Position numbers and translations under genes: made by a program. A stretch of 64,000 nt of DNA from Strigamia acuminata (taxonomy: Eukaryota): the NCBI GenBank assembly GCA_949358305.1, contig OX442314.1, positions 10,912,001-10,976,000 on the forward strand, in the 5' to 3' direction. The notes under the pieces are model-generated. The model saw nothing but the letters and a program-made list of their open reading frames with translations, did no database searches and was not told where the DNA came from. Shown one piece after another: positions 1-12,502 of the stretch (positions within the stretch are counted from its first letter, which is position 1; the number at the start of each line of letters is the position of its first letter).

Positions 1-86
1 CCTGACCTGACCTGACCTAACCTGACCTAACCTAACCTGATCTAACCTAACACAACCTAACACAACCTAACACAACCTAACCTAGC
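1..86. repeat. Degenerate (CCTAA)n/(TTAGG)n telomere-like pentamer array (CCTAA/CCTGA/CACAA variants)
   Basis: About 17 tandem pentamers at the window start, followed by GAATTCGATGAAACG repeats ending GAAATGACCCGACC. The same tail motif recurs near 60750-60790. Confidence 0.7.
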
Positions 87-244
87 CACATAGCCACGCA
101 AATAACATCCCCGATGATGGCCGAAAATTCGATGAAACGTACCGAGTGGAATTTAGAATTCGATGAAACGACCCCCGTTTTCGCACATTTCAAAAAACGC
201 AAAAAAAGAGAATTCGATGAAACGGGATTCGAGGAAATGACCCG

Positions 245-394
245 ACCCGGAATATAACACCATGGGGATATATTCGAATATAGCACCATGGTGCTGTATT
301 CGAAGTGGTGTTGTATTCAAATTTTTCAACAATGCTTCACAACTTACAGTTTTCAAAGAAACTCGAATTCAACACCATGGTGTTATTTTCGGGT
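245..394. mobile_element. Small foldback/MITE-like element
   Basis: Terminal inverted repeats ACCCGGAATATAACACCATGG / CCATGGTGTTATTTTCGGGT, with internal CACCATGG repeats. No clear TSD. Confidence 0.45.
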
Positions 395-451
395 GAAGAC
401 GGTAGGCGGGAGTAGTGCATCTGACCACTGCTTTTCTATATATTTGAAACT

Positions 452-670
452 ACTTGTAGCTGTGCCCGGCCACGCGTTGCTGTGACTACGAAATAAATCC
501 CATGGCATTAAATCTCGTGGAAATAAATCCCGTGGAATCGTGTATTGCATTTATGCCCAATAGATGGCGCTGTTATTACAAAAAAAAGCATGTTTTTATC
601 TGTCACAAGTGTGATATCCACATAAAGGTTGCCTCGGCTTTGTGTATCAACGAGTCACTGTTTTGTTAAT
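452..670 (-). mobile_element. Non-autonomous Helitron-like element (copy 1)
   Basis: Minus-strand 3' end has a GC hairpin (GTCACAGCAACGCGTGGC) next to CACAGCTA, and an internal AAATAAATCCCGTGG repeat. Paralogous to 26394-26735. Confidence 0.5.
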
Positions 671-873
671 TTGCTGGAATTAAGAACCATGGGACATGCC
701 TCTCATCAAATTTTATGTTTATTGTCCACACATTAGTAAATGTGTTTCACTTACAATTTAAAAAATTAATGCTAATTATTTCACAAACTTTTAGCTTTAG
801 AAACGAGAAGCAAACTGGTAAATTTAGTTGAAGCTTAGTTGAAACACAGTTTGAACCACACAAATATGTATGT

Positions 874-1745
874 TTAATCCAGATAAGTATCCATGATATC
901 TGTCATTTCTTCTCCACTATAATCACTCGACGTCAACATCGTCTGGAGCAGATCTGGCACAACACAGTCTAGCATCAAACAACAGAACGGGAAGCACCTG
1001 ATGCAATAAATCACAACGTGAGAGCTAATAAAAGAAAAATTCATAAACTTTTCCATTATCGACTTATCACGACACGTGAAATAGTCGGCACACACTCTGT
1101 GAGCGAGACAACAGCAAAATTCATTAAAAACAACCATTTTATTGTCCAGTGAAATATCCCTTCGAGTTATACGTTCTAAAAAAATCTCCATCCAGCTTGC
1201 CAGCTTCGCACGTATCGATAATTTCAGACATTTTGAAAAAACTGATCGAAGCCGTCCGTATTTTGTCACGTGCACTCACGTCGTTGAACAACGCAATCTT
1301 CTCGAAGTCCTGCTGGAAATAAAACGCCAACGTCGACAAACTTTCTTTCAAGTCCGACACAACCACGTCACTCATTCCCTCGGATGCAGTTTCGGGAAGC
1401 CATTTTCGAAATCTGTCGATAAACTCGGATTCCCTCGACGGAGCGGTCAAGTGATCAATGAGAATCGATTTCTTAACTTTGCTCATTTCACTCGCATTCG
1501 AAAAAGAAAAACTCAAATATCTCTCGAGTTTCGCCCACTTATTCTCATCGGCTTCGACGTCGAGCAACTTGCGACCGATGTGGTACGCAAAGTACGAACA
1601 ATGCATTTTAAAAGTCGACATTTCTTCCGTCGTCGTTATGTATTCCTTCGCAATCAACTCCATAAAATCCCAGTGGAAACATTTGGACAAAATCCTTTTT
1701 CTGTTTTCTATCCCCGCAAAGTTGAGCAATAAATGGAGGTTATCA
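874..1745 (-). pseudogene. Copy A of the ~680-aa tandem family; 5'-truncated and frameshifted
   Basis: Near-identical to the 3' part of 29924-31966. One extra A in a homopolymer near 1178-1184 splits ORFs 1139-1801 and 874-1275. A 33-nt in-frame deletion removes IPQILAKDLNG. Homology ends at the MITE at 1752. Confidence 0.9.
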
Positions 1746-1751
1746 TACATA

Positions 1752-1829
1752 CCGTACTGCATCGAATAAACGCCGGGGCGTTTATTAATTTTTCCAATCA
1801 AGTCCCGGCGTTAATTCGAGGCAGTACGG
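1752..1829. mobile_element. 78-bp Tc1/mariner/pogo-type MITE
   Basis: 26-bp TIRs CCGTACTGCATCGAATAAACGCCGGG / CCCGGCGTTAATTCGAGGCAGTACGG, with TA on both sides (1750-51, 1830-31). Confidence 0.8.
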
Positions 1830-2669
1830 TATTACATACAACTCGCAAATCCTCCTGGCATTTACCAAACTTGCTGAGCATTGAAATAAATAAATATACG
1901 GTACTTTTCAAGCACTTCTACTTCCACATTGCCGTCAATCTGAACAGCGATATAATATTTGACATTATTTTAAATTTTATCAATTTTTATCAATTTATTA
2001 CAAGCAGAATGCAAAGAAATAATAGTAATGAATATGATCAATTTGTCTGATCTGTGTGCGATGCGCACTCCTCCCTAAATGGTCAGGAAGATCTTTAACG
2101 TTGGCGTGACCGGATTTTGAGATCAATTTTTATGGTTTGAAAAGTGTTTAAAATTTGAATTTTATTCATTAACTGTTTTATTCATTTTAATTCAAGATTT
2201 ATTTTCAATGCAATGTTATCATTTTACTTTTTTCAATTATTATTTGTAGTTTAATAATTAGGCAATAACACTCAACAATTGAGGTTTTTTTCTTTTATTT
2301 TAGAGGTTACAATATAAAAAAAAATGTTTTTGAAAAATTTAAAATTTACTTCTTGGACAAAAAAAAGGCTGGTGGCTGTGGATTGAAAAAATGGCCGTTT
2401 CACCAGGTTTGAGATTTCTGTTGAAAAAAGAAGTACTGGTAAATAATTCAGATAAATATTAAAAATTAATTAATATAACCTTGGTCGATGAAGATGGTGA
2501 TATTCAGTTCGTCGATCGAGTCCATTCTATTGCAAAATTTATCTATTTGACTGTACTACATTTCTAGTTGAAGCTAAGTTGAAGCACCATTTGAAACTCC
2601 ACAAAATAAATTTGTTTAATCCAAATAAGTTTCCATTATATCTGCTATTTCTTCTTGACTATAACCGGT

Positions 2670-3168
2670 TGTAGATTCCAATCGCTTTTAGTTGGTCTTT
2701 CTAAAGTCTCTGGCTTCTTTGTAACTTAAGTGTATGTTTTTGAAATAAATCTGCAGCTTGCTTCCACCATGAATTTTGTACACTCACTGGGGTTAAACTT
2801 TATTGTCTTCAAAAAGATATATACAAAAACGCTCCTATTGGAGCACCACTAATCCGATAATTGACTTCAGCTGCATTCCTAGAAGGAGAGCTGAAGCCAG
2901 GTCATGTGACAATAATCTAACCCTCTTTAAATAAAAGGTTAATGACACTAAATGTGAAAGATAAACATGTTAAAATTGAATAAAAAATACACAAACACCA
3001 ATGCAAAGTTATCAAGTTAAGAAATATAAAATAAAATAAATGACACTGAAACATTACATCAATTGAAATAAAAAATACACAAATATTAAATGTGGGATAA
3101 AAATACAAAATAACAAATAAATTCAACACATTAAAGGGAATGTGAACAGTAAAACGCCAGTTTTCACA
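2670..3168 (-). repeat. BEL/Pao 3' LTR
   Basis: Direct repeat of 8480-8978, TG...CA ends, adjacent to the PPT. Confidence 0.95.
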
Positions 3169-6100
3169 CTCCCCCCGCGCCGATCTCACTTTGAACTTCC
3201 AAATGGACCAAACGCTGAATCGGACGCCTCAACTTAGCCCCACCCGAAGTAACAAGCTCGCATGATCGGACTTTGCCATCTCTTCCAACGCGCACTTCAG
3301 TAATACGGCCCATCTTCCACTGGAGCCGGGGTCGGCCTTGTTCTTCAACCAACACGACGTCGCCTGCTTTCAATTCGAGGAGTCCCGACTTTCCAGACTG
3401 TGTTTTCAAATCTGTTAGGTATTCTTTTTGCCAACGACTCCAAAAAGAAAGCAGGGTTTTTGACGATGACGCCATTGTCGGATAAAGGCTTCTTGTGTCG
3501 GCTCGATTTGGTTGATGTAACTAGGGTCCGGCAAAAATGTAACTCTTTCTCCCGTCACGAAATGGGCAGGAGTTAGGCTCTCAGGTTCATCGGGCTTCTC
3601 ATAAACGTAGGTTAGCGGACGATGATTCAACACAGCTTCCACTTGGGTGAGGAGAGTGTTCAATTGGAAAAAGTTTAATGATGCAGTCCCAATGATTTTC
3701 TTCAAGCAGGATTTGACTGTCTTCACCATCCTTTCCCAAAATCCCCCCCACCACGGGCTATGTTCAACTATAAACTTCCAATTGATCCCCTTGTTGCATA
3801 GATAATTCTTGAACGACTCATCCTTGGTATTGTTCAATAATGCAGCCAATTCTTTGTTGGTACGGCGAAAAGTTGTCCCGTTGTTGCTATATAATGTTTT
3901 TGGTAATCCACGGCGACTCACAAATCGTTCGAACGCGTCGACAAAATCAGGCGTGTTGAGCGAGGGCACCAATTCGAGATGCACCGCTCGGATGTTAGCA
4001 CAAGTAAACAATGCGATGTATGCCTTTGTTTTGCATCCTCTTATGTACAGGGGTCCCGCGAAGTCGACTCCTGTGACCGCAAATGGCTCGCAACGAGTGA
4101 TTCTGTCAAATGGCAGCAATCCGGGTGATTCTTGCATCAATTTTCCCTGCACCTTCTTGCACGTGACACATCGACTTAACGTTGACTTTAAGGTTCTCCT
4201 TGCGGCTGGTGTCCAGTATGATTCTCTAAATTGGGCGAGCGTTGCTGTCAAGCCGCAGTGGAGAACCTGTGAATGAGAATGCGAAAATATTAGTTTGGTC
4301 AATTCGCATTTTTGTGGTAACACGATAGGTTGTGTTGCTGTTTGTTCATCTTTGGAGGTTTGTAGTCTGGTCCTCAGTCTCATTACTCCATTTGCATCGA
4401 TGAACGGGTTGAGCAGCTTTAATTTGGATGCTGCCATCAATGGTTTCCCCTCGGTCAGCTGCTTCATTTCTGCGGCGTAGTGTTGCCGTTGTGAAGCGAT
4501 GATCAATTTTTGCTTTGCCGTCACGAGTTCCTCTGCATTCAAAACCCCTTGTTGACGGTGTCCGCTGTCGGCTTTTTGTTTTGAGTTGTGTGCGAAACAA
4601 TAGCACCAGGCCCACACTCGACACGTGCGTAAGTACGACCTAGAAATTGGAAATGCAATGTTTTGATTATTTTTTTGTTGAACTGCATTCGCGTGGGTTT
4701 CTCCGCTTGGCTCCTCGTGTTCGTCAGCCTCGCTGTCCAATTCGTCTGGGTCTATGGTTAATTCCATCTTATTATTTGGCCAGTTCTCTTGTTCTTCACT
4801 TAGCCATTTTGGCCCTTTCCACCACAGTTCGTCATTTGTCAGCTCCGCTGCATCAATGCCTCTTGTCAGTCGGTCGGCTGGATTTTCCGGGCCCGCGACG
4901 TGTTTCCATGCCTTTACATGCGATTTTTCTCTGATTTCGATCGCTCTATTGTTTATAAACGTTGGTGGTCGCTTGGATGTGTTTGTTATCCAATGCAAGC
5001 AGATCTGACTGTCGGTCCAGTAATGGTATCGGTTGCAGTCCATCACCTCCATTAATTGGTCTCTGAGGCGTACTGCAAGAAGGGCGCCCATTAGTTCTAG
5101 TTTGGGCAGCGTCAATTGTTTTACTGGAGCCACTCTAGATTTAGAAAATAAAAAACTTATTATTATTGAGTTTTCTTCCTTTCTGCGCATATAAGCCACA
5201 GCGCCATAAGCTCTCGGGCTGGCGTCGCAGAATATATGAATTTCGTTTTCTTGATGTGGCTTAAATCCAATCCATCTTGGCAGTTGAACTTCTTTCAAAT
5301 TGGGGATTTGTTTCGCCCATTTTTCCCAAGTTTCTTGCATTTCTTCATTTAATTTTTTGTCCCACTTCAATTTTCTTATCCATAAAGTTTGGAAAAAAAT
5401 CTTTGCCGTGATGGTGAAGGGACTCGCAAAACCCAATGGGTCGAAAATCTGTGCTGTTATGCATATGACTCTTCGTTTGGTGATTTGTTTGGTTCCAACG
5501 TCTTCTGCAATTTCTACAGCAAGGCCTATCTGGTCTGAGTTTGGACTCCATCGCAATCCCAAAACCTTGGTTTCCTCGTCGTTCATCAGGTCGCGGTCGG
5601 ATGGGACTTCTCGTCGCATTATTGCTCGCAATTTGGTCGAATTTGTCTGCCATTTCACGAACTCCATTCCTGCTGCGGCTATGATGACGCGCGCCTGTCG
5701 AAAAATTTCTTCTGCCTTTCTCTCGCTGTCCAGGGAAGATATCAAATCGTCCATGTAGAGAAATCGATTTATGAATTCGACGGCTAGTGGAAATTCGTCT
5801 TTAAATTTCTTCAAATGGTGCTTTATGGTCGCACTCAGCAGGAATGGGCTGGGGGCGGCTCCGAACAGCACTCGAGTTTGGCGTAAAATCTTGATTATTG
5901 CTCGTCCAATTCCGTCCCACAGCTCATCGATCCAAAAAAAGCGTGTTGCATCGCGATCCCTCATGGCAATCTCTATCTGATGAAATGCTTTCTTGATATC
6001 GGCTATTAATGCAAACTCATGAATTCGAAACTTTAGCAAAATAAAAATCAAAGATGGGAGTAGATTGGCTCCCTTTGATAAACAGTCATTTAGAGACAAT

Positions 6101-8433
6101 TGGCCCTTTTTATGTGAAGAAGCGTCGAATACTATTCGCAATTTGGTCGTCACTCGCTCTTCCTTGACCACAGGCCTGTGTGGCATGTAGTAAACGGGAC
6201 CGGAAATTTCGCCTTTTGGCACCTCTTCAACAATGCTCTGCTCGATCTGCTCATCAATGACTTTTTTATACTCGAGATATAAATTGGGCTGCTTACGGAA
6301 ACGACGTATCAAATTGAGAAATCTCTGCTCGGCGATTTGGTAGTTGTCAGCGAGTTCATCCGGATTCACTGTCCACGGTAGTTGGACGGAATAATGGCTT
6401 CCTGTCCAGTTGATGGTTTGATCGAATTTTTTCATTATCTCCTCATCTCCCGTGGTGGTCATGGACTCGTGCTGGACTCCAATCGATTCAAGCTCCCAAA
6501 ATTTTCGTAACAGGTCGTCTGTGAAAGGAATAATAGTTATTTTGTTGGCCTGTGTCGGCGACGCGATGAGTTGTGTCCCCTGCGTCGTTTGTCCGTGCAA
6601 CGTCCAACCCAAAATTGTGTTTACAGCAGCCAAATTTTCCTCGATAAATTTGGATTGACCCGTGGTAATTTTGTTGTAATGATCCACGCCAAGCAGAATG
6701 TCTACTTCGCTCGAATGCAAGGCGGCCTGTCTGCAGTTCACTTGGATTCCCAAGTCTTTTAATTTGCTGCTTAACTGGGGGGTCGGAATTTCAGTTGGAG
6801 TGGTCGTGCATCGTGGCGTTTCAATTGCGTCGATTAATATGGCTGGAGATGTTCCATTGATCGGTTGTATCTTCACCTGGACTCGGTTTCTCACTTCCAT
6901 CTTGGGATGCTGACCAAAAGTGGCGAAGTTTATTTTCTCCGTGCCCAATTTTTTCAATTTCAATTTCTGGGCCACGTCGGCGCGAATAAACGTGCGTTGC
7001 GCTCCGCCGTCTATGTAGCAGACACCCCTGGTTTGCAGCTTCTCTCCGCTTAATTGTGCCATTTGAATCATCAAAAACTCGACAGCTGGTCGGTTTACGC
7101 TGACAACTGCATTTTGTTTAATTTCAGTCGCCTCAATTTGTCTTTCGGAACTCGATTCGTTGTTTGCTGTCGATTTTGGCTTGGTGCACAAATATGTGTG
7201 GTGCTGTCCCTCGCATCGAAAGCACTTCATTGACGTGCGGCATTCTTTGGTCGGGTGCGGTGTTCGTCCGAGACACCGAAAACAAACGTTTTTTGCTTTT
7301 AGTTTTGCCATTCGCTCCTCGGCGTTGAGTGGGCAGACTTTTTGATCATGGCTCTTCGATTCGCAAAATTGGCAGGCTTTGACAGCAATCGACATCATCG
7401 ACGCGGAGCTTTCTTGGACTCTCTTGTCTTTCCTGTCGAATCGTCTCTTCTCCCTCTTGAAGCTCGGAGCGTCGGGAGTCACGTTCGATTTTTGATGTGA
7501 TGCAGTCTGTTTTGATTGGCTCGCCATCATTTCGTATTGCGCTTCTTTCGTCACGAAATCGTGCAGCCAGTTCATGAGGCGGGGGACCGATCGTTCCGCA
7601 GCGTTCTCTCGATCATATTCACGCATCAGTGTGCGTGGGATTGCTGTGGCCAGTGTGGGAAACAGCGTCCTTTGATACTCCTCGAGGCCCACGTCGATGT
7701 TGCTCAAATTCTCGATGTTTATCTCGACGTGACGGTGCAAACGCTGCAGTCCAGCATGATCCTTTTCGTCTTTTACTGCAGGCAAAACGGATAAATTATT
7801 TATAAATCGATTTTCAAGCAAAAGTTTATCGCCATATTTCTTTTTTAGGCGATCAACTGCGACCAGGTAATTTGGTACAGTAATTTCTAACGCTTTGATG
7901 TCATTCAAAGCGTCCCCGTGCAGATACGTGCGCAGGTGAAGCAACTTATTTATATTGTCCAACTGTGTATCGTCTCCATACTGCACGCTAAATGTTCTCC
8001 AGAACCCACTCCAATCCTCTGGCCGCCTATCGTCAAATTTTGGCACTTCCAACGGTTTTCGTTTTATAGAACTGTTAATTGTTGGGTTCAATGGTGGCGG
8101 TAAATTTTGAGGCACAGCGGGCTGAACTGGATAATTCCGAGCAGTGTACGTCATAATGGCGGCTCTAGTTGATGCAGCGCGGTCCTCTATGGCGTCGATC
8201 GCGTTGCTCACCTCGTCCACCTCAAGGTCATTTTTTGCCAAGTCCATGGCCAAATCACTGGCTTTTGTAACGCAAAGCATTTTCCCCACCAGTTGATCTG
8301 TCCAGATGCTGAGCACGTCTTTGGTCACCACCGGCACGCCAGCAAAGGCAGTTGTAATGGCGGCCATTAATGTCTCTGCAGCCTGGATGGCTGTGGTCAA
8401 GGCCCTTCTCTTCAATTCAAATTTCGGAGGCAT
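3164..8433 (-). CDS. BEL/Pao gag-pol polyprotein (1672-aa ORF plus frameshifted C-terminal tail 3164-3475)
   Basis: Three Cys/His knuckles, protease YIDGGAQRTFI, RT LYMDD, RNase H FCDAS/WTDS/NPAD, integrase HHCC and GVDFAGP. The FWSRWQKEYL tail lies in another frame after an A5 run near 3457-3461. Confidence 0.93.
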
Positions 8434-8479
8434 TTTTTTTACTTGCAGTTTGGGGTACTCCCGGGTTTCGGCACCAAAA

Positions 8480-8978
8480 TGTAGATTCCAATCGCTTTTA
8501 GTTGGTCTTTCTAAAGTCTCTGGCTTCTTTGTAACTTAAGTGTATGTTTTTGAAATAAATCTGCAGCTTGCTTCCACCATGAATTTTGTACACTCACTGG
8601 GGTTAAACTTTATTGTCTTCAAAAAGATATATACAAAAACGCTCCTATTGGAGCACCACTAATCCGATAATTGGCTTCAGCTGCATTCCTAGAAGGAGAG
8701 CTGAAGCCAGGTCATGTGACAATAATCTAACCCTCTTTAAATAAAAGGTTAATGACACTAAATGTGAAAGATAAACATGTTAAAATTGAATAAAAAATAC
8801 ACAAACACCAATGCAAAGTTATCAAGTTAAGAAATATAAAATAAAATAAATGACACTGAAACATTACATCAATTGAAATAAAAAATACACAAATATTAAA
8901 TGTGGGATAAAAATACAAAATAACAAATAAATTCAACACATTAAAGGGAATGTGAACAGTAAAACGCCAGTTTTCACA
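8480..8978 (-). repeat. BEL/Pao 5' LTR
   Basis: Direct repeat of 2670-3168, adjacent to the tRNA-Phe PBS. Confidence 0.95.
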
Positions 8979-10883
8979 CCGGTCGACGTCAACATCATCT
9001 CGAGTTGTCCTGGAACATCACCGTCGTCCAAGCACTTAAACGAAAAGCTCCTGATGCAATAACCGACGTCCTTTGAGTTGACAAAACAAAAATGCAAAAA
9101 TTTTTCAACTATCGACCAATCATGGTAACTGGCAGATTCCCCGCACACTTTGTAAGCAAGACAACAGCAAAATTCCTTAAACACGGTAATTTCGTCGTCC
9201 GGTGAAATATTTGTTCGACTATTAAGTTCCAAAAACTCCCTATCCAACTTTCCAGCTTCACAAGCATCGATAATTTTAGATATTTTGTAAAAACAAATCG
9301 AAACCTTTCTTATTACGTCTCGTGCAGTCATGTTGTTGAACAATGCAATGTTCTGCAAGTTCTGCTGGAAATAAGACGACAGTGAAGACAAACTTTCTTC
9401 TATGTCTGACTTAACCGCGTTGTTTATTCCTTCGGAAACAGTTTTAGGGAGGCATTCTAGCAAATTGTCGATTAATGGGCGATAATCACGCATTGTGAAG
9501 TAGTCAATAAGAATTGATTTTTTAAGCTTGCTCCTGTCATGTGCATTTGAGAAAGAAAAAGTCAAATATCTGTCAAGCGTCGTTTCATTCCACTTGTTCT
9601 TATCAACTTCTTGTTCAGTCAAAACGGCACCATAATAGAATGCAAAGTATGAAGAATGCATTTTAAAGGTAGTCATTTCTTCCTTTGTGCTTATATATTT
9701 TTTTGCAAGCAACTCCAGAAGATCCCATTCATAAGCATAAGGAAAGTTTCTAGAAAAAAATCTGGACAAAATCTTTCTTCTGTGTTTGATACTGGTGTCG
9801 TTCAGCAATAAGTCGAGGTTATCCACATCTTGTGCTTCGTATAGGTTGGTGTAGATGTTCGAATATTGATGATCATATTGACATTTCTTCATTTTTGTAG
9901 GAGCATTTTTCCAGAAATCAATCAAACTTTCCTCATGTAAAAGCCTACCATCTCGGTAAGACAATGATTTTCGGATCATGTCATAAAAGTTGTCACCCGA
10001 CACGAACAGATTTAGAATGCGTCTCGACGTGGGTTTGAATGAGTCAAGGTTGAAATATCTCAGCAAAGGCACGACAGGTGTCAATCCGTAATTTGAAGAC
10101 AAAACGGTCCTCATTTGTTGCTCGTCCATTTCACCAAGTAAAAAGTTCATGATGCCGACCTCGAAAGTGCAGAAACAATTTTGGCCGTGTTTGTTGTGGT
10201 GCTCAATTAAGTCCTGCAATTTACTTTGGCTTTAAACCAGCAACATGATAAGTGCATTTCTTTCGTCCAGGGTCATGACTGACCAGAAGTATTCCACTGC
10301 ACATTGGTTTTTGTGGTCTATGGACAGGGAAAACATCTCAACTTTCTTGTTGAAAGTGTTCTTCGAAGAGTCCTTTTTCATCGTCATCCAATATTTATAC
10401 ATAATGAGTTTCAAGTTTAATTCCTGTTGTTCGTCAAAACTTTTTTTCAGAATGTTGGCATTTTTGTTCCAAATATCCTCAACCACATCTGCGATGCAAC
10501 ACACGACGGCGATGTCAAATCTGGATTCGATCGTCAGATCTTGTAATTGTGCGAGAGATCGCACCGTTTTGGTTAGATTTAATTGTCCAAATATTGTCCA
10601 TTGAGTGCATTGGATTATAGAGTCCACAAGTTTTACGTTGAGAAAGTTGACACCAGTGAAAACTTGTGTATCTAAGAATTGTAGCAATTCCCACAACTGA
10701 TTTCCGACAAGCCAAACCAATGAAGTCAGCATTGGTTTTAGTTCGTTAGGAATAACACAAACCTCCACTAGATCCCAAACAGCTTTTTTAGTGTCTAACC
10801 AATGCTGTCTACCATCGTTTGTAGTGTTCTTGCACTTATTTCGACTTTTGAACAGCACAACCGAAGTTTTGACAAGTGCAATA

Positions 10884-12502
10884 CTAGTGGAAAGCATAAG
10901 TTTGGAAACATCAATAATTCCAAAAAATATTTTTTCTTTCACCTTTGTTGTGTGGAAATAAATGATTGACAAATATGACGAGTTAATACACATTGTTGCC
11001 CTTTTATTCAGCTTCAAAACAAAGTGTTTAAACTAAAAAAAAAATAAAAAATAAGAGAGATGTGATGATTTTTCTTCATCTGTTCCGAAGCAAAAATATG
11101 AAAAAAATATGGAAAAATGCAAAAGTTTAGAAACTTGAAGTAAAAAAATTAAAACCACCATTATAAATGACTTTTACCTCAGTATTTGGTAAGATGGCGC
11201 TTTCTCCTGATCACTGCAACAATCCTTCTCGCCATTGATGATGTCAGTTTTTGTCATTCTCTGTGGTGATTGATTCCCACACTTGTGTTATTGCAGCTTT
11301 CATTTCTGGGTTTGTGAGCTCTTAATCGTTTATTCATCAACAGCCAAATATTTTCCATCGGATTCATATCTGGTGAGTCACCTGACCAAGGTAAAAGTGA
11401 TTTTTTTTGTTTAAAACCATTTCATTATGGTCTTGGCCATATGGAAGGGTGCTCCATCTTGCATGAAGGTTACTTGTTGGCCCAAATATAACTCTCTTTG
11501 ATGGCAATAGACTTTCCTTGAGAATCTGTTGATATTTCCCAGCATTCACTGTTCCTTCTATCAATGTTAACTGTCCTAGGCCTGTGGAGGATATGCAAAC
11601 CCAGATCATTAGGCTGAGGTGATACTTCACAGCGGTGTTCAGACATTTTGGATTATTTTCTTTGCCTTTTCATTGTCAAACATGGACTCCCTGGTCCCCA
11701 AATGACAAGTAGAACTTAGAATTATCGAAGAAAATAACCGAATTCCACATTTCCGTGGCTCATGCATGCCACTTACGAATTTGTTTGTTGTTCATGTATG
11801 ATTTGCATCCTGGAACTCCGGATCTGTAGCCCATACTTTTAAGTTTCCATAGAACAATGTCTTTTGGGACTGTTATACCTGGTTCAAGTTGCCATTTAAT
11901 GTGTTATTCCTTGGCAGAGAGCTTTGGTTGATTCCTGACAAGTGTTTTGAGGATCTGAATCTTGCATTCTGTAGATTTTAGGCATCTTCCAGAACGTTTT
12001 CTAGCCGATTTGACCTTTCCATTATCTTCTTTTACACATTTACAAGCATTTGTTGATGCAGGATGGGGACATCTTCAAAAAGTTAGCAATTTCAGTCAAG
12101 AGTTTTCTTCTTAGCTCGCATGTTCACTAAAATTTGTTTTTCATCCGGACTCAACACCATGTTTGATCTTAAGTGATTTTATGTTACAATCACGTGACTA
12201 GTTATCTGATTTGACTGTGTAAATGCTTCTACGTCATGTGTAATCGTCAAGTTTCTAAACTTTTGCAACAAGGAACACATATTTCCATATTTTTGCTTCG
12301 GAACAGATGAAGAAAAATCATCATATCTCTCTCATTTTTTATTTTTTTTTTAGTTCAAACACTTTGTTTTGAAGCTGAATAAAAGGGCAACAATGTGCAT
12401 TAACTCGTCATATTTGTCAATCATTTATTTCCACACAACAAAGGTGAAAGAAAAAATATTTTTTGGAAATATTGATGTTTCCAAACTTATGCTTTCCACT
12501 AG
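10884..12502 (-). mobile_element. Tc1-family DNA transposon with long (~255-bp) IR/DR-type TIRs and a decayed transposase
   Basis: TA TSD (10882-83, 12503-04). TIRs start CTAGTGGAAAGCATAAGTTTGGAAAC. Transposase remnants at about 11179-12160 (MIWVCISSTGLGQL, MQDGAPFH, NPMENIW, TKY*) with stops and frameshifts. Confidence 0.92.

Larger units (their letters stand above)
2670..8978 (-). mobile_element. Full-length BEL/Pao LTR retrotransposon
   Basis: 499-bp TG...CA LTRs (2670-3168, 8480-8978; 1 mismatch seen). 5-bp TSD CCGGT (2665-69, 8979-83). PBS TGGTGCCGAAACCCGGGA complementary to the tRNA-Phe 3' end. G-rich PPT at 3169-3181. Confidence 0.97.

Noticed and set aside
2917..3189. Duplicated hydrophobic ORFs (also 8727-8939)
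   Set aside because: AT-rich LTR sequence; no env-like features.
3450..3475. Programmed ribosomal frameshift in the BEL element
   Set aside because: It lies late in the integrase region, lacks a canonical slippery heptamer, and is simply explained by a 1-nt deletion.
10884..11017. N-terminal extension of the 261-aa ORF 10232-11017
   Set aside because: Read-through into the Tc1 TIR; the true start is at 12539.
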